DNA of 32,000 bases from the NCBI GenBank assembly GCA_026387835.1, contig JAPLKZ010000007.1:35284-67283 (forward strand). Direction: 5' to 3'. Origin of the DNA: Candidatus Saganbacteria bacterium (GTDB lineage: Bacteria > Margulisbacteria > WOR-1 > JAKLHX01). Positions 8,407 through 15,474 of the stretch are shown here, piece by piece. A program made the translations under genes and the position numbers. The stretch's first letter is position 1. Every line of letters begins with the position of its first letter. The notes under the pieces were generated by a model, which did no database searches, was not told the origin of the DNA, and saw only the letters and a list, made by a program, of their open reading frames with translations.

Positions 8407-9507
8407 ATGCCAATCCCGATCTTAGACTTAAAAGCCGAATATAGATCAATTAAAAGCGAGATCGACACCGCTGTTGCGCAGGTGCTTGAAAGCGGCCATT
8501 TTGTACTCGGGCCAAATGTGGCGGCACTGGAAAAAGAGATCGCTTCTTACTGCGGGACAAAATACGGCGTCGCGGTCGCTTCCGGGACAGACGCCCTTTT
8601 CCTTTCACTTAAAGCGCTCGGGATAAAGGAAGGGGATGAAGTAATAATCCCGACACTGACTTTTTTTGCGACAGCGGAAGCGGTGTCTTATACGGGAGCA
8701 AGGCCGGTCTTTGCGGATGCCGACCCGGAAACACATAATATCGATGTCGAAAAGATAAAAAGTTCGATAACAAAGAATACAAAAGCGATAATGCCCGTAC
8801 ACCTGTGGGGACTTCCGGCGGAGATGGAAAAGATAATGGGCATCGCAAAAGAAAATGGTCTTTTTGTTGTCGAAGATTGCGCGCAGTCGATAGGCTCGGA
8901 ATATAATGACAAGAAAACAGGTTCTTTCGGGAATACCGGATGTTTTTCGTTCTTTCCGACAAAGAATCTCGGGGCTTACGGAGATGCGGGTATGATCGTT
9001 ACGGACGATGAAAAGATATTTGAAAAATTAAAACTTCTGCATTTGCACGGAAGCAAAGCCCGCGGGGTGCACGAGATGATAGGGTATAATTCAAGGCTTG
9101 ATGAGCTTCAGGCGGCGGTACTCAGGATAAAACTTAAATACATCGATATCTGGAACGGGAAAAGAAGGACCAACGCAAAATATTACACATCCAGGTTCTC
9201 ACAAGCCGGGATAAAATGTCCTGCTGAGCCGGAAGGCTTTAAACATGTCTATCATCAATACACAATTGAAGTGGACGACAGAGAAAAGGTATTGAAAAAC
9301 CTGACAGAGCAGGGTGTTTCTGCTTTTATCTATTATCCCAATCCCGCGCACCTTCAGGCTCCCTACAGGGAGCTTGGATACGGTGCAGGCGATTTTCCTG
9401 CGGCCGAAAAAATAGGAACCAGGATGCTTTCGATACCGGTGCATCCTTTCTTATCGACTGAGGATGTCAAGGCTGTAGCTGATGCCGTAGTGGAAGCAGT
9501 GAAGTAA
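8407..9507 (+). CDS. DegT/DnrJ/EryC1/StrS-family PLP sugar aminotransferase
   Basis: GHFVLGPNV, ASGTDAL, FFPTKNLGAYGDAG (PLP-Lys context). I prefer ATG 8407 behind AAAGGAG over the track start 8353, which overlaps the regulator gene. Confidence 0.9.
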   Translation: MPIPILDLKAEYRSIKSEIDTAVAQVLESGHFVLGPNVAALEKEIASYCGTKYGVAVASGTDALFLSLKALGIKEGDEVIIPTLTFFATAEAVSYTGARPVFADADPETHNIDVEKIKSSITKNTKAIMPVHLWGLPAEMEKIMGIAKENGLFVVEDCAQSIGSEYNDKKTGSFGNTGCFSFFPTKNLGAYGDAGMIVTDDEKIFEKLKLLHLHGSKARGVHEMIGYNSRLDELQAAVLRIKLKYIDIWNGKRRTNAKYYTSRFSQAGIKCPAEPEGFKHVYHQYTIEVDDREKVLKNLTEQGVSAFIYYPNPAHLQAPYRELGYGAGDFPAAEKIGTRMLSIPVHPFLSTEDVKAVADAVVEAVK

Positions 9508-9543
9508 GGAAAAATGTCCAATTTCCAATGACCAATGTCCAAT
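9508..9543 (+). repeat. repeat block 1: GGAAAAAT + (GTCCAAT TTCCAAT GACCAAT GTCCAAT)
   Basis: Four in-phase heptamers at 9516-9543, starting right after the DegT stop codon. Near-identical copy at 9947-9982. Confidence 0.9.
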
Positions 9544-9573
9544 TAAGGAGTCGCCTGTGGCGACGGCATTTAA

Positions 9574-9939
9574 ATGCAAAAACATGATATTTACGACAGA
9601 GTAACCGATTTTGTAGTAAGGGTTATTAAGTATTCAGAGAAAATATCAAAACTATTTTCGGGGAGAATTATTGCAAAACAAATGGTCCGGTCAGCGAGTT
9701 CCATCGGAGCGAATATGCAGGAGGCGGATGGTGCAACAACAAAAAAGGATTTTATAAACAAAATGGGCATCTCGAGAAAAGAAGCACAGGAAACCAGATA
9801 CTGGTTAGACCTATTGAAAAAGGCTGACATTATCAAGAACCATGGCAATATTTTAGAGCTCGATAATTTGCATAAAGAGAGCGATGAAATTTCAAAGATC
9901 CTGAGCAGCATCATTAATAAGACGATTAAGAATCAATAA
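9574..9939 (+). CDS. four-helix-bundle protein (23S rRNA intervening-sequence protein / Avd-like family)
   Basis: 121 aa. MVRSASSIGANMQEADG...KDFINKMGISRKEAQETRYWLDLL matches the family hallmark (R-x-A-x-S-I-x-x-N-x-x-E ... E-x-x-Y-W-L). Confidence 0.85.
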   Translation: MQKHDIYDRVTDFVVRVIKYSEKISKLFSGRIIAKQMVRSASSIGANMQEADGATTKKDFINKMGISRKEAQETRYWLDLLKKADIIKNHGNILELDNLHKESDEISKILSSIINKTIKNQ

Positions 9940-9946
9940 TGGTAAT

Positions 9947-9982
9947 GGAAAAATGTCCAATTTCCGATGTCTAATGTCCAAT
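9947..9982 (+). repeat. repeat block 2: GGAAAAAT + (GTCCAAT TTCCGAT GTCTAAT GTCCAAT)
   Basis: Direct copy of block 1 with 3 substitutions, a few nt after the four-helix-bundle stop codon (heptamers 9955-9982). Confidence 0.9.
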
Positions 9983-10002
9983 AAATGAATAAATCATTAG
10001 GA

Positions 10003-10030
10003 ATTGGAAATTGGCAATTGGACATTGGAA
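10003..10030 (-). repeat. repeat block 3, inverted: ATTGGAA ATTGGCA ATTGGAC ATTGGAA (reverse complement of NNCCAAT x4)
   Basis: Reverse complement is TTCCAAT GTCCAAT TGCCAAT TTCCAAT. It can pair with block 2 (25 of 32 positions by hand alignment) or with block 1 (23 of 28). Confidence 0.9.
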
Positions 10031-10060
10031 ATTTGTTTCGATGAAATTAAGTGTCTTCTT

Positions 10061-11170
10061 ATGGAAAAGATTAAATATTCAATAATCGGCGCAGGAGTAA
10101 TAGGTCTGGCCGTAGCTTATGCCCTTTCTCAGGACCAGAACGGCGAGATCGCGGTTTTTGAGAAGAACGATACTTTTGGGCAGGAAACCAGCTCCCGCAA
10201 CAGCGAGGTCATCCACGCGGGGATATATTATGTCAAGGATTCACTGAAGAGCAGACTGTGCATGGATGGCAATAAACTTCTCTATGAGTTCTGTGAAAAG
10301 AACGCTGTAAAGCACAAAAAATGCGGAAAGCTTATCGTGGCAACGGACGGAGAAGAAGTCAAAAAGATAGAGAAAATATATGCCAATGCTGTTTCAATGG
10401 GCGTGCCGGGATTAAAACTGATCGGGCAGGACGAAATAAAGAAATATGAGCCTGAGGTGTCCGCTTTAGGCGCTGTTTATTCAAAAACCACGGGAATAAT
10501 CGACAGCCACGGGCTTATGCAAAAGCTTTATGATCTGGCTAAAAAAAACAGGGTGATGTTTTCTTTCAAAAATGAAGTTATCGGCATCAGGAAAGAAAAA
10601 AATGGTTATGTTATAAAACCCCTGCAGGGGGACGAGGTCTTATCTGAGTTTGTAATAAACTGTGCCGGACTTGCGGGCGACAAGACCGCTGAGACGGCCG
10701 GTTTTGATATAGACAAGCTCGGATACAGGCTCCATTACTGTAAAGGCGATTATTTTGCGGTCCCGGGTGCGAACGGCAGATTAAGTCATTTAGTATATCC
10801 TCCGCCTCATGATAAAGGATATGGCCTGGGAGTCCACGCGACCATCGATCTGTCGGGACGTATCAGGCTCGGTCCGGATACTACATATGTGGACAGCATC
10901 GGTTATGATATCGATCCGGCGAAAGCAATAGATTTCTTTTCATCCGCAAAGAAGTTTCTGCCTTGGCTTGAAGAAAAAATGGTAGTTCCGGACACTTCAG
11001 GAATGCGCCCTAAGCTCCAGGGGCCGGATGACGGGATAAGAGATTTTGTGGTCAAAGAGGAATCGGACAACGGATTCCCGGGATTTATTAACTTAATCGG
11101 GATAGAATCTCCCGGGCTCACAAGTTGCCCGGCTATTGCTAATCTGGTCTCAAATTTAACAGGCAAATAA
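10061..11170 (+). CDS. FAD-dependent oxidoreductase, DAO family (LhgO/GlpD-like)
   Basis: From ATG 10061 the protein begins MEKIKYSIIGAGVIGLAVAYAL (dinucleotide-binding fold). SSRNSEVIHAGIYY is as in L-2-hydroxyglutarate oxidase-like enzymes. The track start 10004 lies inside repeat block 3. No clear SD, so the start is uncertain. Confidence 0.75.
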   Translation: MEKIKYSIIGAGVIGLAVAYALSQDQNGEIAVFEKNDTFGQETSSRNSEVIHAGIYYVKDSLKSRLCMDGNKLLYEFCEKNAVKHKKCGKLIVATDGEEVKKIEKIYANAVSMGVPGLKLIGQDEIKKYEPEVSALGAVYSKTTGIIDSHGLMQKLYDLAKKNRVMFSFKNEVIGIRKEKNGYVIKPLQGDEVLSEFVINCAGLAGDKTAETAGFDIDKLGYRLHYCKGDYFAVPGANGRLSHLVYPPPHDKGYGLGVHATIDLSGRIRLGPDTTYVDSIGYDIDPAKAIDFFSSAKKFLPWLEEKMVVPDTSGMRPKLQGPDDGIRDFVVKEESDNGFPGFINLIGIESPGLTSCPAIANLVSNLTGK

Positions 11171-12211
11171 ACTTCGTACCGCTTTCGTCGAGGGTTTTAT
11201 TATCCCTTTTTCTGTGATTATTCCTGTTATGTATTTTGCGGGTGTTACGTCAAAGGCGGGATTAAGCGCTTTGGATCCGGGAGAGCAGACTAAAATTTTT
11301 CTGATGACCCCTTTTTTATCAGGCCCCGTCTGATACAGGACTTCTTTCATATCCCTTTCCTCGATAGGAATATCTTTTCCCGAACCGCATTTCAGGTCAA
11401 ATGTCGAGGTGGGAGCGGCAACATAGAAAGGAATTCCGTATTCTTTGGCGCATATTGCTTTTTCAAATGTGCCTATCTTGTTTGCCGTATCTCCGTTGGC
11501 CGCTATCCTGTCCGCGCCGACAATCATAAGATCTACTTTTTCCCCTGACATCAGATATGCCCCGGCATTATCCGGGATTATCACGTGTGGGATATTTTCG
11601 TTCCTTAGTTCCCATGCGGTGAGCCTTGCACCCTGGCTTCTCGGTCTTGTTTCATCCACATACACAAATACTTCCTTCCCTTTCCTGGCAGCGGAATAAA
11701 CAGGGGACAGGGCGCTTCCCCAGTCGACAAAAGCAAGCCAGCCGGCATTGCAGTGAGTTTCAACTGCGTATCCGCTTTTTATCAGTTTCTCCCCGAACTG
11801 TCCGATCTTTCTGCAGCTTTCAGCGTCTTCGTCAGCAATCGCCAGGGCTTCCTGTAAAGCTGTCTTGCGCGGATCTTTTGAGCCGGAGCCCTTTTTAAAG
11901 ACCCTCTCGACCGCATAGAAGAGGTTCTGGGCCGTCGGTCTTGTGGATTCTATCTCCTTTTTAGCTTTGAGAATAAAGCTTTCAAAGCCCCTTTCAGGCG
12001 CCTCAAGATATGCCTGTGCCATCGCGAAGCCGGCCGCGGCACCTATGGCTCCCGCGCCGCGTACGGTCATTTTCTTTATTGCTACGCAGGTTTCTTTATA
12101 TGTTTTAGATCTGAATACTCTAAAAGTGAAGGGCAGCAGGTTCTGTTCGATCATGAACACAGAACCGTTTTCCATCGAAACAGTCCGGTAATGTTTTTTG
12201 TTGACTTTCAT
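11156..12211 (-). CDS. mtnA: S-methyl-5-thioribose-1-phosphate isomerase (eIF-2B alpha/beta/delta-like family)
   Basis: VRGAGAIG, THCNAGWLA (catalytic Cys context), ETRPRSQGARLTAWEL, NPAFDVTP. An N-terminal beta-domain (MIEQNLLPF) is present as in MtnA. Confidence 0.85.
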   Translation of the reverse strand: MKVNKKHYRTVSMENGSVFMIEQNLLPFTFRVFRSKTYKETCVAIKKMTVRGAGAIGAAAGFAMAQAYLEAPERGFESFILKAKKEIESTRPTAQNLFYAVERVFKKGSGSKDPRKTALQEALAIADEDAESCRKIGQFGEKLIKSGYAVETHCNAGWLAFVDWGSALSPVYSAARKGKEVFVYVDETRPRSQGARLTAWELRNENIPHVIIPDNAGAYLMSGEKVDLMIVGADRIAANGDTANKIGTFEKAICAKEYGIPFYVAAPTSTFDLKCGSGKDIPIEERDMKEVLYQTGPDKKGVIRKILVCSPGSKALNPAFDVTPAKYITGIITEKGIIKPSTKAVRSLFAC

Positions 12212-12217
12212 ATAGGG

Positions 12218-12245
12218 ATTATAGCAAATATTCGTTGCTTGACAA
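12218..12245 (-). promoter_or_regulatory. candidate mtnA promoter (TTGTCA-16 nt-TGcTATAAT), ATG 6 nt downstream
   Basis: On the minus strand: TTGTCA (12240-12245), TG-c (12224-12226), TATAAT (12218-12223), ccctat, then ATG (12209-12211). No SD. Confidence 0.45.
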
Positions 12246-12266
12246 ATATAAAGGCGGTCATATAGG
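12239..12266 (+). promoter_or_regulatory. candidate promoter for the aldolase-ADH pair (TTGACA-16 nt-TATAGG)
   Basis: TTGACA at 12239-12244 overlaps the opposing -35 box. Weak -10 at 12261-12266. AGGAGG SD at 12276-12281, which would leave a very short leader. Confidence 0.3.
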
Positions 12267-12288
12267 ATTATTCCTAGGAGGGGAAAAT

Positions 12289-13068
12289 GTGGACTGGGGA
12301 ATGCAGAATAGATTAAATAATCTTATGCCGGGCGGGCGGTGTTTTTTCATGCCCATTGATCACGGTTACTTTCAGGGCCCGACATCAGGGCTAGAAAAAC
12401 CGCGGGAGACCGTAAAGCCGCTTCTTCCTTATGTAGACGCGCTTTTTTGTACGAGAGGCACCCTTCGTGCGTGCATAGATCCAAAAAACACAAAACCGAT
12501 AGTGCTCAGGGTTTCCGGCGGAACCAGTATGGTCGGGAAAGATCTGGCAAACGAAATGATCACAACTTCGATAGATGAAATAATCGCTCTCAACGCGTCC
12601 GCGGTCGGGGTCTCGGTTTTTATCGGGAGCAGCTACGAGAAGGAAACTTTAAAGAACCTGACTGACATGGTAAACCAATGCGAGAAATATGGGATCCCCG
12701 TAATGGCAGTGACGGCCGTGGGCAGGGAAATGGAAAAGAGGGATGCCCGTTATTTATCATTATGCTGCCGGATAGCTGCGGAACTGGGTGCAAAGGTCGT
12801 GAAAACATACTGGTGCGATGGCTTTGAAAAGGTCGTTGAAGGCTGCCCTGTACCGGTGATCATAGCCGGAGGCCCTAAATGCAATACAGAGACAGAAGTT
12901 TTTGAGTTCGTACACGACGGGATGAAAAAAGGCGCGGTCGGGATAAATCTCGGGCGCAATGTCTGGCAGAGCCCGCATCCCGTAGCAATAGCAAAAGCCC
13001 TGCAGGCGATCATCCACAAAAATGCTTCGGTTAAGGAAGCTCTTTCTATCTTTAACAGCAGCAAATAG
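12289..13068 (+). CDS. class I (Schiff-base) aldolase, DhnA/FbaB/LsrF family
   Basis: FMPIDHGYFQGP, VSVFIGS, GAKVVKTYW (Lys context), IIAGGPK, GINLGRNVWQ. GTG 12289 lies 7 nt after AGGAGG. ATG 12301 and the track TTG 12235 are alternative starts. Confidence 0.75.
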   Translation: MDWGMQNRLNNLMPGGRCFFMPIDHGYFQGPTSGLEKPRETVKPLLPYVDALFCTRGTLRACIDPKNTKPIVLRVSGGTSMVGKDLANEMITTSIDEIIALNASAVGVSVFIGSSYEKETLKNLTDMVNQCEKYGIPVMAVTAVGREMEKRDARYLSLCCRIAAELGAKVVKTYWCDGFEKVVEGCPVPVIIAGGPKCNTETEVFEFVHDGMKKGAVGINLGRNVWQSPHPVAIAKALQAIIHKNASVKEALSIFNSSK

Positions 13069-13083
13069 ATCAAAAACTAAACC

Positions 13084-14061
13084 ATGAAAGCAGCGCAGTA
13101 TCATAACAATAAGGATATCAGGATCATCGATATTCCTGTTCCCAAAATAGGCGAGGGAGAACTTTTAATAAAGGTCATCTCGAGCGGTATTTGCGGGACG
13201 GATGTCATGGAATGGTACAGGATAAAAAAAGCCCCGAGGATACTGGGCCATGAGATCGCAGGAGAGGTTGTCGAATCAAGATCTGATAAATTCAAAGTTG
13301 GTCAGAGGGTCTTTGTAAACCACCACGTACCTTGCAACAGCTGTAAATACTGCATGGCCGGGAACCACACTGCCTGCGAGACATTGCACAAAGGTAATTA
13401 TGATCCGGGCGGCTTTAGCGAATTTGTCAGGGTACCGAAAATAAATGCCGATGCCGGCACGTATTTGCTTCCAGATAGCGTTTCCTATGATGAGGGAACC
13501 ATGATAGAGCCGCTGGGTTGTGTAGTCCGCGGTCAGAGGTTGATCGACATTAAAAAAGGACAAACAGTCCTGATCCTGGGAAGCGGATTTTCCGGGCTCA
13601 TGAATATCAAAATGGCAAAGCTCAAGGGGGCTTATGTCATCGCAACGGATATAAACGAGTTCAAACTTAAGAAGGCAAAAGAATACGGTGCTGACAGGAT
13701 CGTAAATGCAACTACAAAGTTGGATATAAAAGCAGATAAGATAATCGTCTGTACCGGAGCATACCAAGCCATAGTTCAGGCTTTTGAAACGATAGACAGA
13801 AAAGGCACTATTTTGCTGTTCGCGATACCTGACAGGAATATCGAAGTCCCGACGGTAGATTTCTGGAGGAATGAAATAACGATGACATCATCCTATGGTG
13901 CGGGCCCGGTCGATCTTGAAGAGGCATTGACGTTAATAAATAACAAAAAAGTAGATGTTAAATCTTTTATTACACACAAATTTCCTCTTAATGATATCCA
14001 AAAGGGATTTGACACGGCAGCAAGCGCGAAAGATTCTATGAAAGTATTAATCAAGCCCTAA
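13084..14061 (+). CDS. zinc-dependent alcohol dehydrogenase (MDR superfamily)
   Basis: GICGTD, GHEIAGEV, structural-Zn Cys cluster CNSCKYCMAGNHTAC, nucleotide fold LILGSGFSG. Confidence 0.85.
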   Translation: MKAAQYHNNKDIRIIDIPVPKIGEGELLIKVISSGICGTDVMEWYRIKKAPRILGHEIAGEVVESRSDKFKVGQRVFVNHHVPCNSCKYCMAGNHTACETLHKGNYDPGGFSEFVRVPKINADAGTYLLPDSVSYDEGTMIEPLGCVVRGQRLIDIKKGQTVLILGSGFSGLMNIKMAKLKGAYVIATDINEFKLKKAKEYGADRIVNATTKLDIKADKIIVCTGAYQAIVQAFETIDRKGTILLFAIPDRNIEVPTVDFWRNEITMTSSYGAGPVDLEEALTLINNKKVDVKSFITHKFPLNDIQKGFDTAASAKDSMKVLIKP

Positions 14062-14067
14062 TTAAGG

Positions 14068-14595
14068 TTAATCTCCTTCAAACTCTGTTTGCGAGTACAC
14101 AGAGTAACCGGCGTCTTCCAGCTTTTTTCTCCCACCCAGGTCAGGCAGATCGACTATAAAAGCAAGCTCGATCACATCTCCTCCAAGCTTTTTGACGAGT
14201 TTTGTGGCTGCGGTTGCCGTGCCTCCGGTGGCAAGAAGATCATCAATAATAAGGACCTTCATTCCTTTTGCTATAGCGTCTTTGTGGATCTCGATGGCAT
14301 CAGTTCCGTATTCAAGGCTGTATTCTTCTCTTTCGATTTCTGCCGGAAGCTTCCCCTTTTTTCTTATAGGGACAAAGCCTTTACCCAGAACAAAAGCGAG
14401 CGCACCCCCAATAATAAAACCCCTTGAATCGATCCCCGCGATCATATCAATATCTTTCTCTTTGTACCGGTTCATAAAATCGTCTATGCAGAGTTTTAGG
14501 CCTACGGGATCTTTGAGCAAAGTGGTAATATCACGGAACATGATCCCCTGTTTGGGCCAGTGCGGAACGGTCCTTATCCTTGATTTGATAGGCAT
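14068..14595 (-). CDS. apt: adenine phosphoribosyltransferase
   Basis: 175 aa. PRPP-binding motif [14 protein letters not shown]. The N-terminal FRDITTLL block is typical of Apt. Confidence 0.92.
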   Translation of the reverse strand: MPIKSRIRTVPHWPKQGIMFRDITTLLKDPVGLKLCIDDFMNRYKEKDIDMIAGIDSRGFIIGGALAFVLGKGFVPIRKKGKLPAEIEREEYSLEYGTDAIEIHKDAIAKGMKVLIIDDLLATGGTATAATKLVKKLGGDVIELAFIVDLPDLGGRKKLEDAGYSVYSQTEFEGD

Positions 14596-14597
14596 CT

Positions 14598-15323
14598 TTA
14601 TATCCTCCCTGCCACTTTGATCAGAAGTTTCTTCACTTTTTCGGCGTTATCCTTCATCCTTTGCATCACCATTTCATAAGTGACCGGTGCTTCATCGTCC
14701 TTCCAGCAGTCATAATCGGTAGACATCGCGATAGTCATGCCGAGCTCATTGGCAAGAATTACCTCGGGGCATGTAGACATGTTTATGATATCAGCGCCCC
14801 AGGCCCTGAACATATGGCTTTCAGACTTGGTTGAGAACCTCGGGCCTTCTATTGTGATAACGGTCACATCCTTGTTGTATGTGATACCCATCTCATCGCA
14901 TGTCTTGCATAATATGTCGGTCATGGCATTATCATACGGCTGGCTCATGGACGTGTGGACAACGCTGTCATGGAAATAGGTCAAGTTCCTATGCCTTGTA
15001 AAATCAATGAACTGTGACGGAAAAACCAAATTTCCGGGTTTGATCTCTGCCCTGAGGGATCCCACGGCGGTCACAGCCAGGATATGAGTGCATCTTTCTT
15101 CTTTAAGGGCGAACATATTAGCGAGAAAATTGATCTTAGTGGGGGAAATTGAATGGTTCTTTCCGTGCCTTGCAAGGATGACCACATCCGTCCCGTCTAT
15201 TTTTCCTGTTATAAGGGGAGAAGTGCAATGGCCAAACCTGTTGGATATCTTCTTTTCTTTTGGATTATCGAGGATATCCGGATTGTCCAGTCCCGAGCCG
15301 CCGATTATTGCTATTTTGGTCAT
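14598..15323 (-). CDS. mtnP: S-methyl-5'-thioadenosine phosphorylase
   Basis: [37 protein letters not shown]. These are MTAP-type PNP family blocks. AAGGAG SD. Confidence 0.85.
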   Translation of the reverse strand: MTKIAIIGGSGLDNPDILDNPKEKKISNRFGHCTSPLITGKIDGTDVVILARHGKNHSISPTKINFLANMFALKEERCTHILAVTAVGSLRAEIKPGNLVFPSQFIDFTRHRNLTYFHDSVVHTSMSQPYDNAMTDILCKTCDEMGITYNKDVTVITIEGPRFSTKSESHMFRAWGADIINMSTCPEVILANELGMTIAMSTDYDCWKDDEAPVTYEMVMQRMKDNAEKVKKLLIKVAGRI

Positions 15324-15372
15324 ATAAACTCCTTTATTTGTAATTCCGTGTATATATTATAATACTACATAT

Positions 15373-15401
15373 ATTATAGATATCGCATGCCTTGTATACA
15401 A
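15373..15401 (-). promoter_or_regulatory. candidate mtnP-apt promoter (TTGTAT-17 nt-TATAAT)
   Basis: On the minus strand: TTGTAT (15396-15401), 17-nt spacer, TATAAT (15373-15378). The -35 lies in the 10-nt palindrome TTGTATACAA (15392-15401). Confidence 0.45.
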
Positions 15402-15407
15402 CCCTTG

Positions 15408-15436
15408 TTGACAAAAGAGATTAAAAAAGATAGAAT
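15408..15436 (+). promoter_or_regulatory. candidate pse operon promoter (TTGACA-17 nt-TAGAAT)
   Basis: Consensus -35 TTGACA at 15408-15413, exact 17-nt spacer, -10 TAGAAT at 15431-15436. AAAGGAG SD at 15459-15465. ATG at 15475. Confidence 0.6.
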
Positions 15437-15451
15437 GTTCAATAATTGAAC
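15437..15451. promoter_or_regulatory. perfect 7-1-7 palindrome GTTCAAT-A-ATTGAAC abutting the -10 box (candidate operator)
   Basis: Read directly: the reverse complement is identical except for the central base. It covers the predicted transcription start region. Confidence 0.45.
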
Positions 15452-15474
15452 AGTCAGTAAAGGAGTTTAAAAAT

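Noticed and set aside
9557-9604. 15-codon micro-ORF (GTG 9557, behind AAGGAG 9544-9549) overlapping the four-helix-bundle start, plus the GTCGCC-TGT-GGCGAC hairpin (9550-9564) and the GCATTTAAATGC palindrome (9566-9577)
   Set aside because: All are real in the sequence but too short to interpret. The peptide has no recognisable features. They may simply belong to the inserted cassette leader, so I mention them without calling features.
9508-9946. Calling the four-helix-bundle cassette an autonomous mobile element
   Set aside because: No transposase, integrase, reverse transcriptase or clear target-site duplication is present. It is kept as a hypothesis in the findings rather than a mobile_element feature.
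9516-10030. CRISPR array or integron attC site as an explanation for the CCAAT repeats
   Set aside because: The units are 7-nt tandem heptamers without spacers, there are only three blocks, and no cas genes are present. I could not find the attC core sites (RYYYAAC / GTTRRRY) or an integrase.
11156-12211. Ribose-1,5-bisphosphate isomerase (AMP / RuBisCO-type pathway) instead of MtnA
   Set aside because: The protein has the MtnA-type N-terminal domain and the CNAG and ETRP..QGARLTAWEL signatures. It sits with an MTA phosphorylase, and no AMP phosphorylase or RuBisCO is present in the window.
12212-12288. SAM or other riboswitch upstream of the salvage genes (also 15324-15474)
   Set aside because: The intergenic regions are too short (77 and 151 nt, the latter shared by two promoters) and too AT-rich to hold the conserved helices of known SAM riboswitch classes. 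I saw no matching motif.
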